Source: a virus
Taxonomy: Duplodnaviria > Caudoviricetes
Length of the DNA: 46,228 nt
Strand: one strand, 5' to 3'
Virus record (IMG/VR): IMGVR_UViG_3300017754_002866
Span: 1 to 46,228 of that record
The notes below the pieces were generated by a model. The model saw only the letters and a list, made by a program, of their open reading frames with translations. It was not told the origin of the DNA and did no database searches. Below, in pieces: positions 29,796 through 36,946 of the stretch. The translations under genes were made by a program, and so were the position numbers. Numbering within the stretch: the stretch's first letter is position 1; the number at the start of each line of letters is the position of its first letter.

Positions 29796-30134
29796 TCAAT
29801 CCCAATCCTGATGTGGCCGGGAGCCACACTCTGGACATTTCCAGCCAAGCCGAAAGTCTTCAGTGAAGGTGTCGCATTCCCTGCAACGCTCTTCGGACAT
29901 CTCCTGCTGGAAAACCTCAACACCAAACTGACGCTTTGCCTTGAGGTCTTCGAACGTCACGCCGTTGCAGTCTGCAGCGAGGTCTGCTGCCTCTTCAAGG
30001 ACAACATCGGTGTCAACGTATGGAAACTCAGGGAGAGTGTGCATATGTGCCTGTATGGCTTCTGCTGAGGTACAGCCAGCCTTGATGGCATCTGTCACCA
30101 ATGTGGCGTATTGAAGGTCAAAGATACTGTACAT
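29796..30134 (-). CDS. Hypothetical protein with C-terminal Zn-ribbon
   Basis: Start at MYSIF after GAGGAGG RBS; CREC...CPECG. Confidence 0.65.
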   Translation of the reverse strand: MYSIFDLQYATLVTDAIKAGCTSAEAIQAHMHTLPEFPYVDTDVVLEEAADLAADCNGVTFEDLKAKRQFGVEVFQQEMSEERCRECDTFTEDFRLGWKCPECGSRPHQDWD

Positions 30135-30135
30135 A

Positions 30136-30561
30136 TTATGAAACCTCCTCGGACTCTGGAAACCAAACATCATTGTCCTCATTGAGACCCTTGGCAATCA
30201 GGCGGTTAAGCGAACCAGCCTCGATCCCGTCGATATTGATGCAGAGTGCAAGGTCACAGACCGTGCTGTTGCTGTCATCATCCTGTGGCTCCTCATCATC
30301 CTCATCGGTGATATCGACATCTGTCCAGAATGTGGAGATGTCATAGCGATGGGTGCATTCTTCCTCTTCTGGCTCGCCATCCATGACATACGACCATGAC
30401 TTGACAACATTGTTGCGGGTGGGAGTGCTCATGCCTTGGTAGTTAGCAGGGTCGAGGTGTGCGGACTGCTGAAGACCAAGTGTGTTTGCCAGTTTGATGG
30501 CGTGGACGAATGCCTCTGCGACTTGCTCGACTGAGACGGTGGCTACTGTTTTAGTTTCCAT
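30136..30561 (-). CDS. Hypothetical highly acidic protein
   Basis: 141 aa with DITDEDDEEPQDDDS and PEEEEC tracts; first gene after a predicted promoter. Confidence 0.7.
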   Translation of the reverse strand: METKTVATVSVEQVAEAFVHAIKLANTLGLQQSAHLDPANYQGMSTPTRNNVVKSWSYVMDGEPEEEECTHRYDISTFWTDVDITDEDDEEPQDDDSNSTVCDLALCINIDGIEAGSLNRLIAKGLNEDNDVWFPESEEVS

Positions 30562-30600
30562 AGTGTTGATACTTCCTGTCAGGTAGTAACCCGACAGAGA

Positions 30601-30628
30601 ATATTACCACGCAAGTAAGTAGATGCAA
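30601..30628 (-). promoter_or_regulatory. Predicted sigma70-type leftward promoter containing TACTTGCG box
   Basis: Minus strand reads TTGCAT-CTACTTACTTGCGTGG-TAATAT. Confidence 0.55.
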
Positions 30629-30676
30629 GGGTAGGGGGAATTATATTCTGTAGGTTTTTAGGCTGTTTTTATCTGC

Positions 30677-30700
30677 GACATACCTGCGGGTGTGTGTGTG
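30677..30700. repeat. Hairpin repeat copy 2 (GACATACCTGCGGGTGTGTGTGTG)
   Basis: Near-identical to 28675-28699. Confidence 0.7.
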
Positions 30701-30735
30701 TCTCCGGCCGAGGCACGAGGCCGGATGTATCGCAG

Positions 30736-30782
30736 CCCGCTAGGGATCGAGGTGGGGAGGGGCGCCCCGCTAGGGATCGAGG
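30736..30782. repeat. 17-bp direct repeat CCCGCTAGGGATCGAGG x2
   Basis: Exact copies at 30736-30752 and 30766-30782 (30-bp period). Confidence 0.85.
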
Positions 30783-30971
30783 CAGCTCCAGCCTAGGGCG
30801 CTGGGCTAAAACCAAGGCAAAAAGGCCCAGCAACCCACCAGCAGGGCAGAATATCGCTTTGTTAGCTGTAGCAAAGTCTATAGATCTATAGGATTGGAAC
30901 GCCTCAGCTTTTTTCTGGCGGCACACTCCTGGCAAAGACTCCCCCACTCCCCCACCCTAAGCGTATAGGCA

Positions 30972-31003
30972 CAAAAAAGCCCCCCGGAGGTACCGGAGGG
31001 CTT
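30972..31003 (-). terminator. Rho-independent terminator
   Basis: Minus strand AAGCCCTCCGG-TACCT-CCGGGGGGCTT followed by a T-run. Confidence 0.75.
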
Positions 31004-31008
31004 GGATT

Positions 31009-31083
31009 CTATCGGCGAGTTGTCAGCCTATCGTATAAGACTAACAAGGCGAATATCAGCAGGAACCATAAAAGACTAGGCAT
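31009..31083 (-). CDS. Possible 24-aa membrane peptide
   Basis: MPSLLWFLLIFALLVLYDRLTTRR overlaps the upstream stop and precedes the terminator. Confidence 0.35.
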   Translation of the reverse strand: MPSLLWFLLIFALLVLYDRLTTRR

Positions 31084-31870
31084 TAAGAGCACCTAGCGTG
31101 CCTTTTACCTTTTTCACGCCTTGACCATGGGCGGCTAGAAGAATGACTAACTTTTTAGAGCGTAGCCAATCAGCCCGAAGGCACAACCCACATTCTAGGC
31201 AGGAGTCTTTTGTCCCTACTTGCTCAGGGCACGGTATGCCCTTGAAACCATTGCCAAGGTCTACCAGTTTATTATCGTCGTGATGGTCTACGACCATAGC
31301 ACAACCAAACCCACGGGCGTCAGCCTCTGGAAGGTCAGCCGGACGCTCAGTAGATGCAAGCACGGAGACGCCACCCCAGTCTGAACGCATGACAGACCGC
31401 CACGCGTGAGTATAGGTATAACAGACTTGACCGTGCTTAGCGGTATAGCGTGCAGCGGCTTGGCTTAGGATTCTAGCCGCCTGCGGAGTCTTACAGTCCC
31501 CGACAACGTGCACACGGCAGGGACGCTTACCCGTCAAGCCGTCAAGGGCTAACGCCTCAGCCGTAGCGACATCCTCAGCGGTAGCCCACGCCGCCACCAC
31601 GGGAATAAGGGAGTTTAAGACCCTAGTATGCATACCTTGCATATTGCCTTCAGCAAAACATCCAGCTTCAAGGAACGGGCACCGGAACGGGTCACCCGCT
31701 TGGCTACCCGGGCAGGATAACTGGGAGGCGGAAGTAGCAGACATCGGGCCTATCTTACCGTTACGGGATACCTCAATGGCAGAAACCATAGAGGCAAGGA
31801 CGGCTTGGACGTCAGCGGAAGACGGGCGGCTGATTGAAGGCACAGCCGGTGCCATGGGTAAAGTAAACAT
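31076..31870 (-). CDS. Cys-rich GP88/DUF7227-like (radical-SAM-related) phage protein
   Basis: NGKIGP, SCP...CPF...GCFA, RVHVVGD, YTYTH, SVLASTE, CPEQ...SCLECGLC, AAHG pattern. Confidence 0.65.
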   Translation of the reverse strand: MFTLPMAPAVPSISRPSSADVQAVLASMVSAIEVSRNGKIGPMSATSASQLSCPGSQAGDPFRCPFLEAGCFAEGNMQGMHTRVLNSLIPVVAAWATAEDVATAEALALDGLTGKRPCRVHVVGDCKTPQAARILSQAAARYTAKHGQVCYTYTHAWRSVMRSDWGGVSVLASTERPADLPEADARGFGCAMVVDHHDDNKLVDLGNGFKGIPCPEQVGTKDSCLECGLCLRADWLRSKKLVILLAAHGQGVKKVKGTLGALNA

Positions 31871-32137
31871 GAGGTGATTATACCACCCAGCAGGTACAAA
31901 CTCACACTATAAATACAAGGCAGAATATAGAGCACAAACAAACGGCAAAAAGCCAATGGAATAAAGCACGACAACGCGGGGATGGTATCACTAACGCTGA
32001 TTCACCAGCCAAAAATACCACAGACATACTTGCAAGGCATACCAGCACACCACCAGGCAAGCAGCTTGAAGCCCCTGGAAAAATACCGGAAACGTACAAA
32101 AAAATACCGGATGCCTTTTTTAGAGCCAAAAAATTTT

Positions 32138-32731
32138 CGGCGCTGCGCGCCGTACATTCGTTCTCTTACGCTAAGCAATTGTGTGCTACTGATAGTTATA
32201 GATAGGTGTAAAGCTTTGTGTTGGAGATATGATGGCGAGCTGATCCCGCTAAAGCGGGAGTGACCCCTTCGAATCCCTTCACTTCGCTCAGGCATAGAGT
32301 AGGAGGAGGTGTGGTAGCTGTGAAGCCCCAGTGGATCCGCACAGTAGTGCGGAGTGTATAGTCTCACTGCGTTCGCCTATAGGTACACATTTCTTTCTGC
32401 TCTGTGTGCTGTGTGATACTTACCAGCGACCTGTGTTGTGGCGGGGGAGATGGGTGTGGCATATAGGTAATCGATGAGGTAGAGCCGTAGCGTACACCCT
32501 CACATTCGTTCGTGTGTAGATAGCCCGAACAGTCCTTGCTCACGTGCGTTCGCCAGGAGATGGGATGTGTATGAGCTGTGTAATTGACCCTATGTGTTAG
32601 TGTGACTAAGATATACAGGAGGTCGCTTCGCTCCATTAGATTGTGTGCTTAGGTTATGGGGTGGGAATACAACCATAAGAGAATAACCATACACAGTTAA
32701 CCGCCAGTCTGTACGTGCAAGAATGCTTCGC
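32138..32731 (-). repeat. Cluster of GNA-loop / tandem-GA hairpin motifs
   Basis: Related motifs at 32138, 32276, 32357, 32499, 32538, 32623 and 32725; + strand consensus TC-RC-TNC-GY-TC. Confidence 0.6.
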
Positions 32732-32825
32732 TTCATTGCACTGGACTGTCGGTATTTCTGTTTTGTTTCTTCTTCTTCCGGTGGGTGTATTCGATTCATG
32801 CCGTCCGGTTTTTTGGCGTCCGGTC

Positions 32826-32890
32826 CCCTCCCCTCCCCCGCCGGGCGGTATACGCTACAATCTGCCGCGCCTCCCCTCCCCTCCCCCGCC
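32826..32890. repeat. C-rich direct repeat CCCTCCCCTCCCCCGCC x2
   Basis: Two copies (about 32826-32842 and 32874-32890); G-tract rich on the minus strand. Confidence 0.75.
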
Positions 32891-32906
32891 AAAGCTTTGG
32901 CATATA

Positions 32907-32938
32907 AAACAACAAAGGGGAGGGTTTCCCCTCCCCTT
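32907..32938 (-). terminator. Rho-independent terminator
   Basis: Minus strand AAGGGGAGGG-GAAA-CCCTCCCCTT then TGTTGTTTT, directly after the stop at 32941. Confidence 0.8.
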
Positions 32939-32940
32939 CC

Positions 32941-33150
32941 CTACCCTGCCGAGAAGCGTTTACAATCAAGGTATCCTGCCAGATACTCCCCTACTTTGGC
33001 AACCGTGCCGACTGATAGCACGGTATCCCCCCGCTTGATATGCAGGCGGAATTGATGCCCGCTAAACCCATAAAGGTTAGAACAATCTTCGATTGTCAAA
33101 CCTGCATTGTTCGCCTTCAATTGCAGGTCATGCGGGATTGTTCTATTCAT
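32941..33150 (-). CDS. Hypothetical protein (69 aa)
   Basis: Start MNRTIP after AGGGGG RBS; ends immediately before the terminator. Confidence 0.65.
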   Translation of the reverse strand: MNRTIPHDLQLKANNAGLTIEDCSNLYGFSGHQFRLHIKRGDTVLSVGTVAKVGEYLAGYLDCKRFSAG

Positions 33151-33511
33151 CTGAACCCCCTGCATAAACGCCCGCCCGCTGAGCGTGTGACCAACTATTA
33201 TCAATGATTGTGGCATTGCCTTCAATGTCATATTCCACGCCGTCCGATAGTGTGACCCTGCCGGTATATTCCAATTCCAAGTGTGTGCAAGCGTACGAAA
33301 TGACGCTATAAAACCGCATGAAAGGCAACGGGGAGAATTCACCGACAATATGCAGGTTTACTACAATCGAATCACCGTGCAAATCTGGGACAACTGGATG
33401 CGTGACACCGAGCAGCTCGCTGATATTGTCACGCCCGAACGCCTTCATAATAATGTGAGTATCCCCGTCAGAGTATGCGGGGATTGTCAAAACCAAGGAA
33501 ATGTTTACCAT
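33143..33511 (-). CDS. Hypothetical protein (122 aa)
   Basis: Start MVNISL just after the upstream stop; overlaps the next gene. Confidence 0.6.
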   Translation of the reverse strand: MVNISLVLTIPAYSDGDTHIIMKAFGRDNISELLGVTHPVVPDLHGDSIVVNLHIVGEFSPLPFMRFYSVISYACTHLELEYTGRVTLSDGVEYDIEGNATIIDNSWSHAQRAGVYAGGSDE

Positions 33512-33515
33512 AATA

Positions 33516-33620
33516 CTAAAACCTAACCGAATCGGTGGCATTGTCAATTCTGCCGTCAAAACATCCGCATAGTAGGAACCCCGCTATGATAAGGAACAAA
33601 GCAAAACGTAGAATTCTCAT
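33516..33620 (-). CDS. Putative small lipoprotein (34 aa, not in ORF track)
   Basis: MRILRFALFLIIAGFLLCGCFDGRIDNATDSVRF has a basic N-terminus, hydrophobic core and LCGC lipobox-like motif; GGTGG RBS. Confidence 0.5.
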   Translation of the reverse strand: MRILRFALFLIIAGFLLCGCFDGRIDNATDSVRF

Positions 33621-33690
33621 GCCACCAACCCTAGTATCAAACCGTGCGACCCGATTGCCGCACCCCTAGTATACCAAGCAAGCAAGTACT

Positions 33691-33730
33691 ATTATTGTAT
33701 GTTTCCCGGTAATTATTGTATTTTTCCCGG
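33691..33730. repeat. Tandem repeat ATTATTGTAT(G/T)TTTCCCGG x2
   Basis: Copies at 33691-33709 and 33712-33730 (21-bp period, about two helical turns). Confidence 0.8.
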
Positions 33731-34057
33731 ATGTGGGGACCCCTGGAAAACCTCGCTTCGCTCGGTCTTAGTGTGTTGTGTCCGTTAAGCTGTATTGATC
33801 GTTTAGCTGTCGATCTTTCCCTTCCATCCCCCTTGACTCCGTCAGTCCGGTGTCGCTCCGCTCCACCGGAGTGTGTATACGTGCGGGTAATTAGGATCCG
33901 TATCCCCCCTCCCCCACCTCTTTCTTTTTTGTGTCATGTGTGGGGGGTGTGGCAATGTATCCCCCCTAATACTTTAAATATTATCCCCCCCTCCTATAGA
34001 CTATCTCCTCCAACATCTATTTCTACCCCCGGAGAAACCATCAACTCGTGCGTATCC

Positions 34058-34080
34058 GATATACTACTTGCGAGGGAGGA
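34058..34080 (+). promoter_or_regulatory. Rightward -10 element plus TACTTGCG box and RBS
   Basis: GATATACTACTTGCGAGGGAGGA; near-identical GATATATTACTTGCGGGAG at 35148-35166. Confidence 0.55.
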
Positions 34081-34087
34081 TACTTTA

Positions 34088-34267
34088 ATGCGAGAGAAAT
34101 TGGCTTTGTTTATCTGTAAGAAACTGTGCGTAGAGCGCCATAAGGAGCAGTCGATCGGTGATTATCTAGCTGGACGTGACCTGGCTAACGAGATCCCACA
34201 GCTAGATCTAGAGACGCTAAAAGCGTTGTTTCGGTACTCTGGTCAAGAGCTGCGTAAGCGTATATGA
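34088..34267 (+). CDS. Hypothetical protein (59 aa)
   Basis: Start MREKL after GGAGGA RBS; this is the plausible 3' part of the 33716 track ORF. Confidence 0.65.
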   Translation: MREKLALFICKKLCVERHKEQSIGDYLAGRDLANEIPQLDLETLKALFRYSGQELRKRI

Positions 34268-34527
34268 GTGGAGTATCTGTAGGTAAAGCTCTAGACTGGA
34301 TGCTTGCCGGTAAGCCTGTAACGCGCCAGTGCTGGGAGAGTAAGGAATACCTACGGTATTCAGAGATTTTAATGATTTTCCAACTATGGGTTGATGGTGA
34401 ATGCGAGGAGTTGGAGTCATTTGAGGTTGGTGGTTACGATATGTGCGTACAAGATTGGGTTCTTGGCACATTTGATCCTGTAACAGGTGAGCCAATATGG
34501 CCAGAGGAGCAAGATGACATTTGCTGA
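34264..34527 (+). CDS. DUF2829 / Tad2-like anti-defence sponge candidate, copy 1
   Basis: VGKALDWMLAGKPVTRQCW...DMCVQDW matches the F..AL..LK.G..V.R.GW...D.LA.DW family pattern. Confidence 0.6.
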   Translation: MSGVSVGKALDWMLAGKPVTRQCWESKEYLRYSEILMIFQLWVDGECEELESFEVGGYDMCVQDWVLGTFDPVTGEPIWPEEQDDIC

Positions 34528-34783
34528 TGTTTTGAAAGACCTTATTAACGGGTTGCCTGTATATCGTGAGGGATGGAAAGACGGTCACTTTATCTACTAC
34601 GAGAAGGACTGGAATATGTTTACTGAAGCACATCCAGGTCGTGACTGGCACACGTTGTGTTCGACAGTACCTCTGCGTGGAACTGACCTGGCAGCTGATG
34701 ACTGGCAAGTAGATGAGTGGGATGGTGAAGAAGAAAAGCCAGACCATATTCGTGGTGACACGAAAAAGGAGGTAGTGGAATGA
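34514..34783 (+). CDS. DUF2829 / Tad2-like anti-defence sponge candidate, copy 2
   Basis: MTFADVLKDLINGLPVYREGW...TDLAADDWQV; GAGGAG RBS. Confidence 0.7.
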   Translation: MTFADVLKDLINGLPVYREGWKDGHFIYYEKDWNMFTEAHPGRDWHTLCSTVPLRGTDLAADDWQVDEWDGEEEKPDHIRGDTKKEVVE

Positions 34784-35022
34784 CTTTCAAGATATCTACT
34801 GAGGATGATATGTACCTAGCGGTTACCGCTATACATAAGCATTTCAAGGATAACCCAGACGAGCCGTTCATTGATTTAATCTATGATCGAGATGGGCAAA
34901 GAGAAGTTGTTGGCAGGATTAATAACCCTGATTTTACTGAATTGATTTACGCAGTTAGTTACGCAATGGACAATTTGAAGCGTGTCAACTTAAGGCGCAC
35001 GATACAGATAAACACGAAATAA
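34780..35022 (+). CDS. Hypothetical protein
   Basis: 80 aa, ATGA overlap, GGAGG RBS. Confidence 0.7.
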   Translation: MTFKISTEDDMYLAVTAIHKHFKDNPDEPFIDLIYDRDGQREVVGRINNPDFTELIYAVSYAMDNLKRVNLRRTIQINTK

Positions 35023-35036
35023 ACACGTGTTTAATG

Positions 35037-35143
35037 TATAATGACCACGCCACCCCAGTAAGGTGAGCATCTGTAAAGGATCTCCAGAAACCCGGCCTTA
35101 CTAGCCACAAAGAAGTCATCATTGCCAGGTGGCTTCTTTTTTT
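35037..35143 (+). ncRNA. Candidate small RNA (promoter, hairpins, terminator)
   Basis: TATAAT at 35037-35042, short hairpins, then terminator AAAGAAGTCA...TGGCTTCTTT plus T-run; no convincing ORF. Confidence 0.4.
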
Positions 35144-35221
35144 GTCTGATATATTACTTGCGGGAGAAGTGATCGCCATGCACGTAAACGCCCTGCGGTC
35201 ACTTTTCTCCCTAGGAGAACT

Positions 35222-35647
35222 ATGATTACCTTTAACCTTGTTACGAATGACTTTTCCTGTATGCCTACAAAGGCTACATCTGCCTCCGCTGGTTACGATC
35301 TGAGGGCGTACATCCAGGAGGCTATTACTATCCACCCAGGTAAAACAGCAGTTATACCTACAGGTATCTCCACAAGCTTTGGTAAGCACATTGTTGGCAT
35401 GATCTGTAGCCGCAGTGGACTCGCAGCTAAACACCAAGTTTTTGTCCTCAATTCACCAGGCATCATTGACGCTGACTACACTGATGAGATTAAGGTTATT
35501 CTTATGAATATGGGGACTGAAGTGTTTGTTGTAGAGCCTTTGAACAGGATTGCACAGATAGTATTCACGCAGGTTGCAGATCCATTTGGGCAGAACACTG
35601 TAAGTGCCACTAGGACTGGTGGATTTGGCAGTACAGGCACTGAATAG
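35222..35647 (+). CDS. dut: Trimeric dUTPase
   Basis: All five motifs present: AGYDL, RSGLA, GIIDADY, RIAQ, RTGGFGSTG. Confidence 0.97.
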   Translation: MITFNLVTNDFSCMPTKATSASAGYDLRAYIQEAITIHPGKTAVIPTGISTSFGKHIVGMICSRSGLAAKHQVFVLNSPGIIDADYTDEIKVILMNMGTEVFVVEPLNRIAQIVFTQVADPFGQNTVSATRTGGFGSTGTE

Positions 35648-35667
35648 TCAAAAGGCTATAATGAGCC

Positions 35668-36606
35668 ATGGGAAGATTAGACTGGTTTCAAAAAGCCGCA
35701 AATTCGGCTATGGGTGTAGGTAGAGCTGCCCTCGATCGATTTACTGCACCAGCATCGCCAGATACAGAAGCTGTAAGCAAGATTGCATCGAGGAACACTC
35801 CTCGTCCTACTAATCCATTGACTAAAACCAGTGCTTTTAGGACTATGGGTGAACCTAAGAAACCTACGTTTAAAGGCTTCACTAAGACCGTTGGTGCTGG
35901 CACACTGGATGGATTGAATCTAGTAAACAGTGGACTCAGCGCAGCGCAAGGCGATTATGAGGCAACCCCAGGACAAGTTGTTGGAGATGCAGGGTCTGTT
36001 GCTCGTCTTGCACGTATGAACAGTGGAATTGCTGCGCGAGGTGGGGCGCCACTAAAGTTAGCTGCTGATCCACGTTCAACAATGATTGCATACGGTGCTG
36101 AAATGGTTGCACCACACGTCAAAGAAGCTTTTAACCCAGCTGCTAACAAAGCCAGGTACAACGCTAATGTCCAGGAAGCGTTGAACCCACCACCTGCTAC
36201 TTACTGGGAAAAACTACTTGGCCTTGAATACAATCCGTCTCAAGGATACAAGGATAAGGTTGCTCAGACCGGACAACTAAGCCCGAATAGCTTTGTTAGC
36301 ACTACTTCTACAGGGCGTAAGCCAATGGAGGGTGCAAAGCAACTAGGTGGCGGTCAGACATCGAGGCAAACTATTGATAAGCAACTTGGTGAGATCTTTG
36401 ATTTTGCACTCCAGCGTGGCATCGACCCTGCATACGAATACATGGGTCATGTTATGCGGCGTGATGGATTAACTGAAGAACAAGGCATTGATCTTTACAA
36501 TAAGTTTATGAATAAGCTTTACCGTCAACAGGCATTTGATAAAGCTGTAAACCAACCACTTATTTCGGATCCGAAGCAGCTTGCAAGATACCGGGAAGTG
36601 TTCTAG
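35668..36606 (+). CDS. Hypothetical protein, paralog of 42620-44491 (shared C-terminal domain)
   Basis: 312 aa with a low-complexity N-terminal part; TATAAT immediately upstream. Confidence 0.75.
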   Translation: MGRLDWFQKAANSAMGVGRAALDRFTAPASPDTEAVSKIASRNTPRPTNPLTKTSAFRTMGEPKKPTFKGFTKTVGAGTLDGLNLVNSGLSAAQGDYEATPGQVVGDAGSVARLARMNSGIAARGGAPLKLAADPRSTMIAYGAEMVAPHVKEAFNPAANKARYNANVQEALNPPPATYWEKLLGLEYNPSQGYKDKVAQTGQLSPNSFVSTTSTGRKPMEGAKQLGGGQTSRQTIDKQLGEIFDFALQRGIDPAYEYMGHVMRRDGLTEEQGIDLYNKFMNKLYRQQAFDKAVNQPLISDPKQLARYREVF

Positions 36607-36946
36607 CACCACCCTCATAATCAACGCCATGCCCTGCTTGTTTCAGGGCATCGGCTAAATTATGACCGTCATACAAAACCGTTCCTAAAATCCTCCCATA
36701 TTTATCCTCGCGATGATTCTTGACAATGACAACTACGTTGTCCTCACCTAGTACACAGGATTCAGTAAACCACTTAGCTTCTAGGCCTTCATCCGTATTC
36801 TTTTCTGGGCAATTGATGTGTTCCAGACGAATCTTCTTAGCAGTCAAAACTACGCCGAACCCAAGATCTAGATCAGCCTTAAGGGTGTCACCATCAACAA
36901 CTGAAACGTTTTTGAGGGCATAAGTGTAAAGATTAATCTTCTTCAT
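36560..36946 (-). CDS. Thermonuclease (SNase family)
   Basis: VVDGDT, IRLEHINCPE, DKYGRILG motifs. Confidence 0.9.
   Translation of the reverse strand: MKKINLYTYALKNVSVVDGDTLKADLDLGFGVVLTAKKIRLEHINCPEKNTDEGLEAKWFTESCVLGEDNVVVIVKNHREDKYGRILGTVLYDGHNLADALKQAGHGVDYEGGARTLPGILQAASDPK

Noticed and set aside
25069-30068. Plus-strand ORFs opposite the leftward operon (e.g. 25212-25748, 29119-29526, 29526-30068)
   Set aside because: Antisense to a tightly coupled minus-strand operon with clear RBSs.
31902-33055. Several track ORFs in the gene-poor region (e.g. 32002-32367, 32364-32636, 32590-32892, 32715-33038)
   Set aside because: No RBS or recognisable motifs, mutually overlapping, and they run through repeats and terminators.
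30670-34080. Repeats in the control region as a CRISPR array
   Set aside because: Repeats occur in only two copies or are short and degenerate, lack regular unique spacers, and no cas genes are present.
33716-34087. 5' extension of the 183-aa track ORF 33716-34267
   Set aside because: Low-complexity translation of hairpin and C-rich DNA; the RBS and -10 support a start at 34088.
35037-35143. Possible tRNA gene
   Set aside because: No TpsiC (GTTCRA) arm, no cloverleaf acceptor stem and no CCA end.
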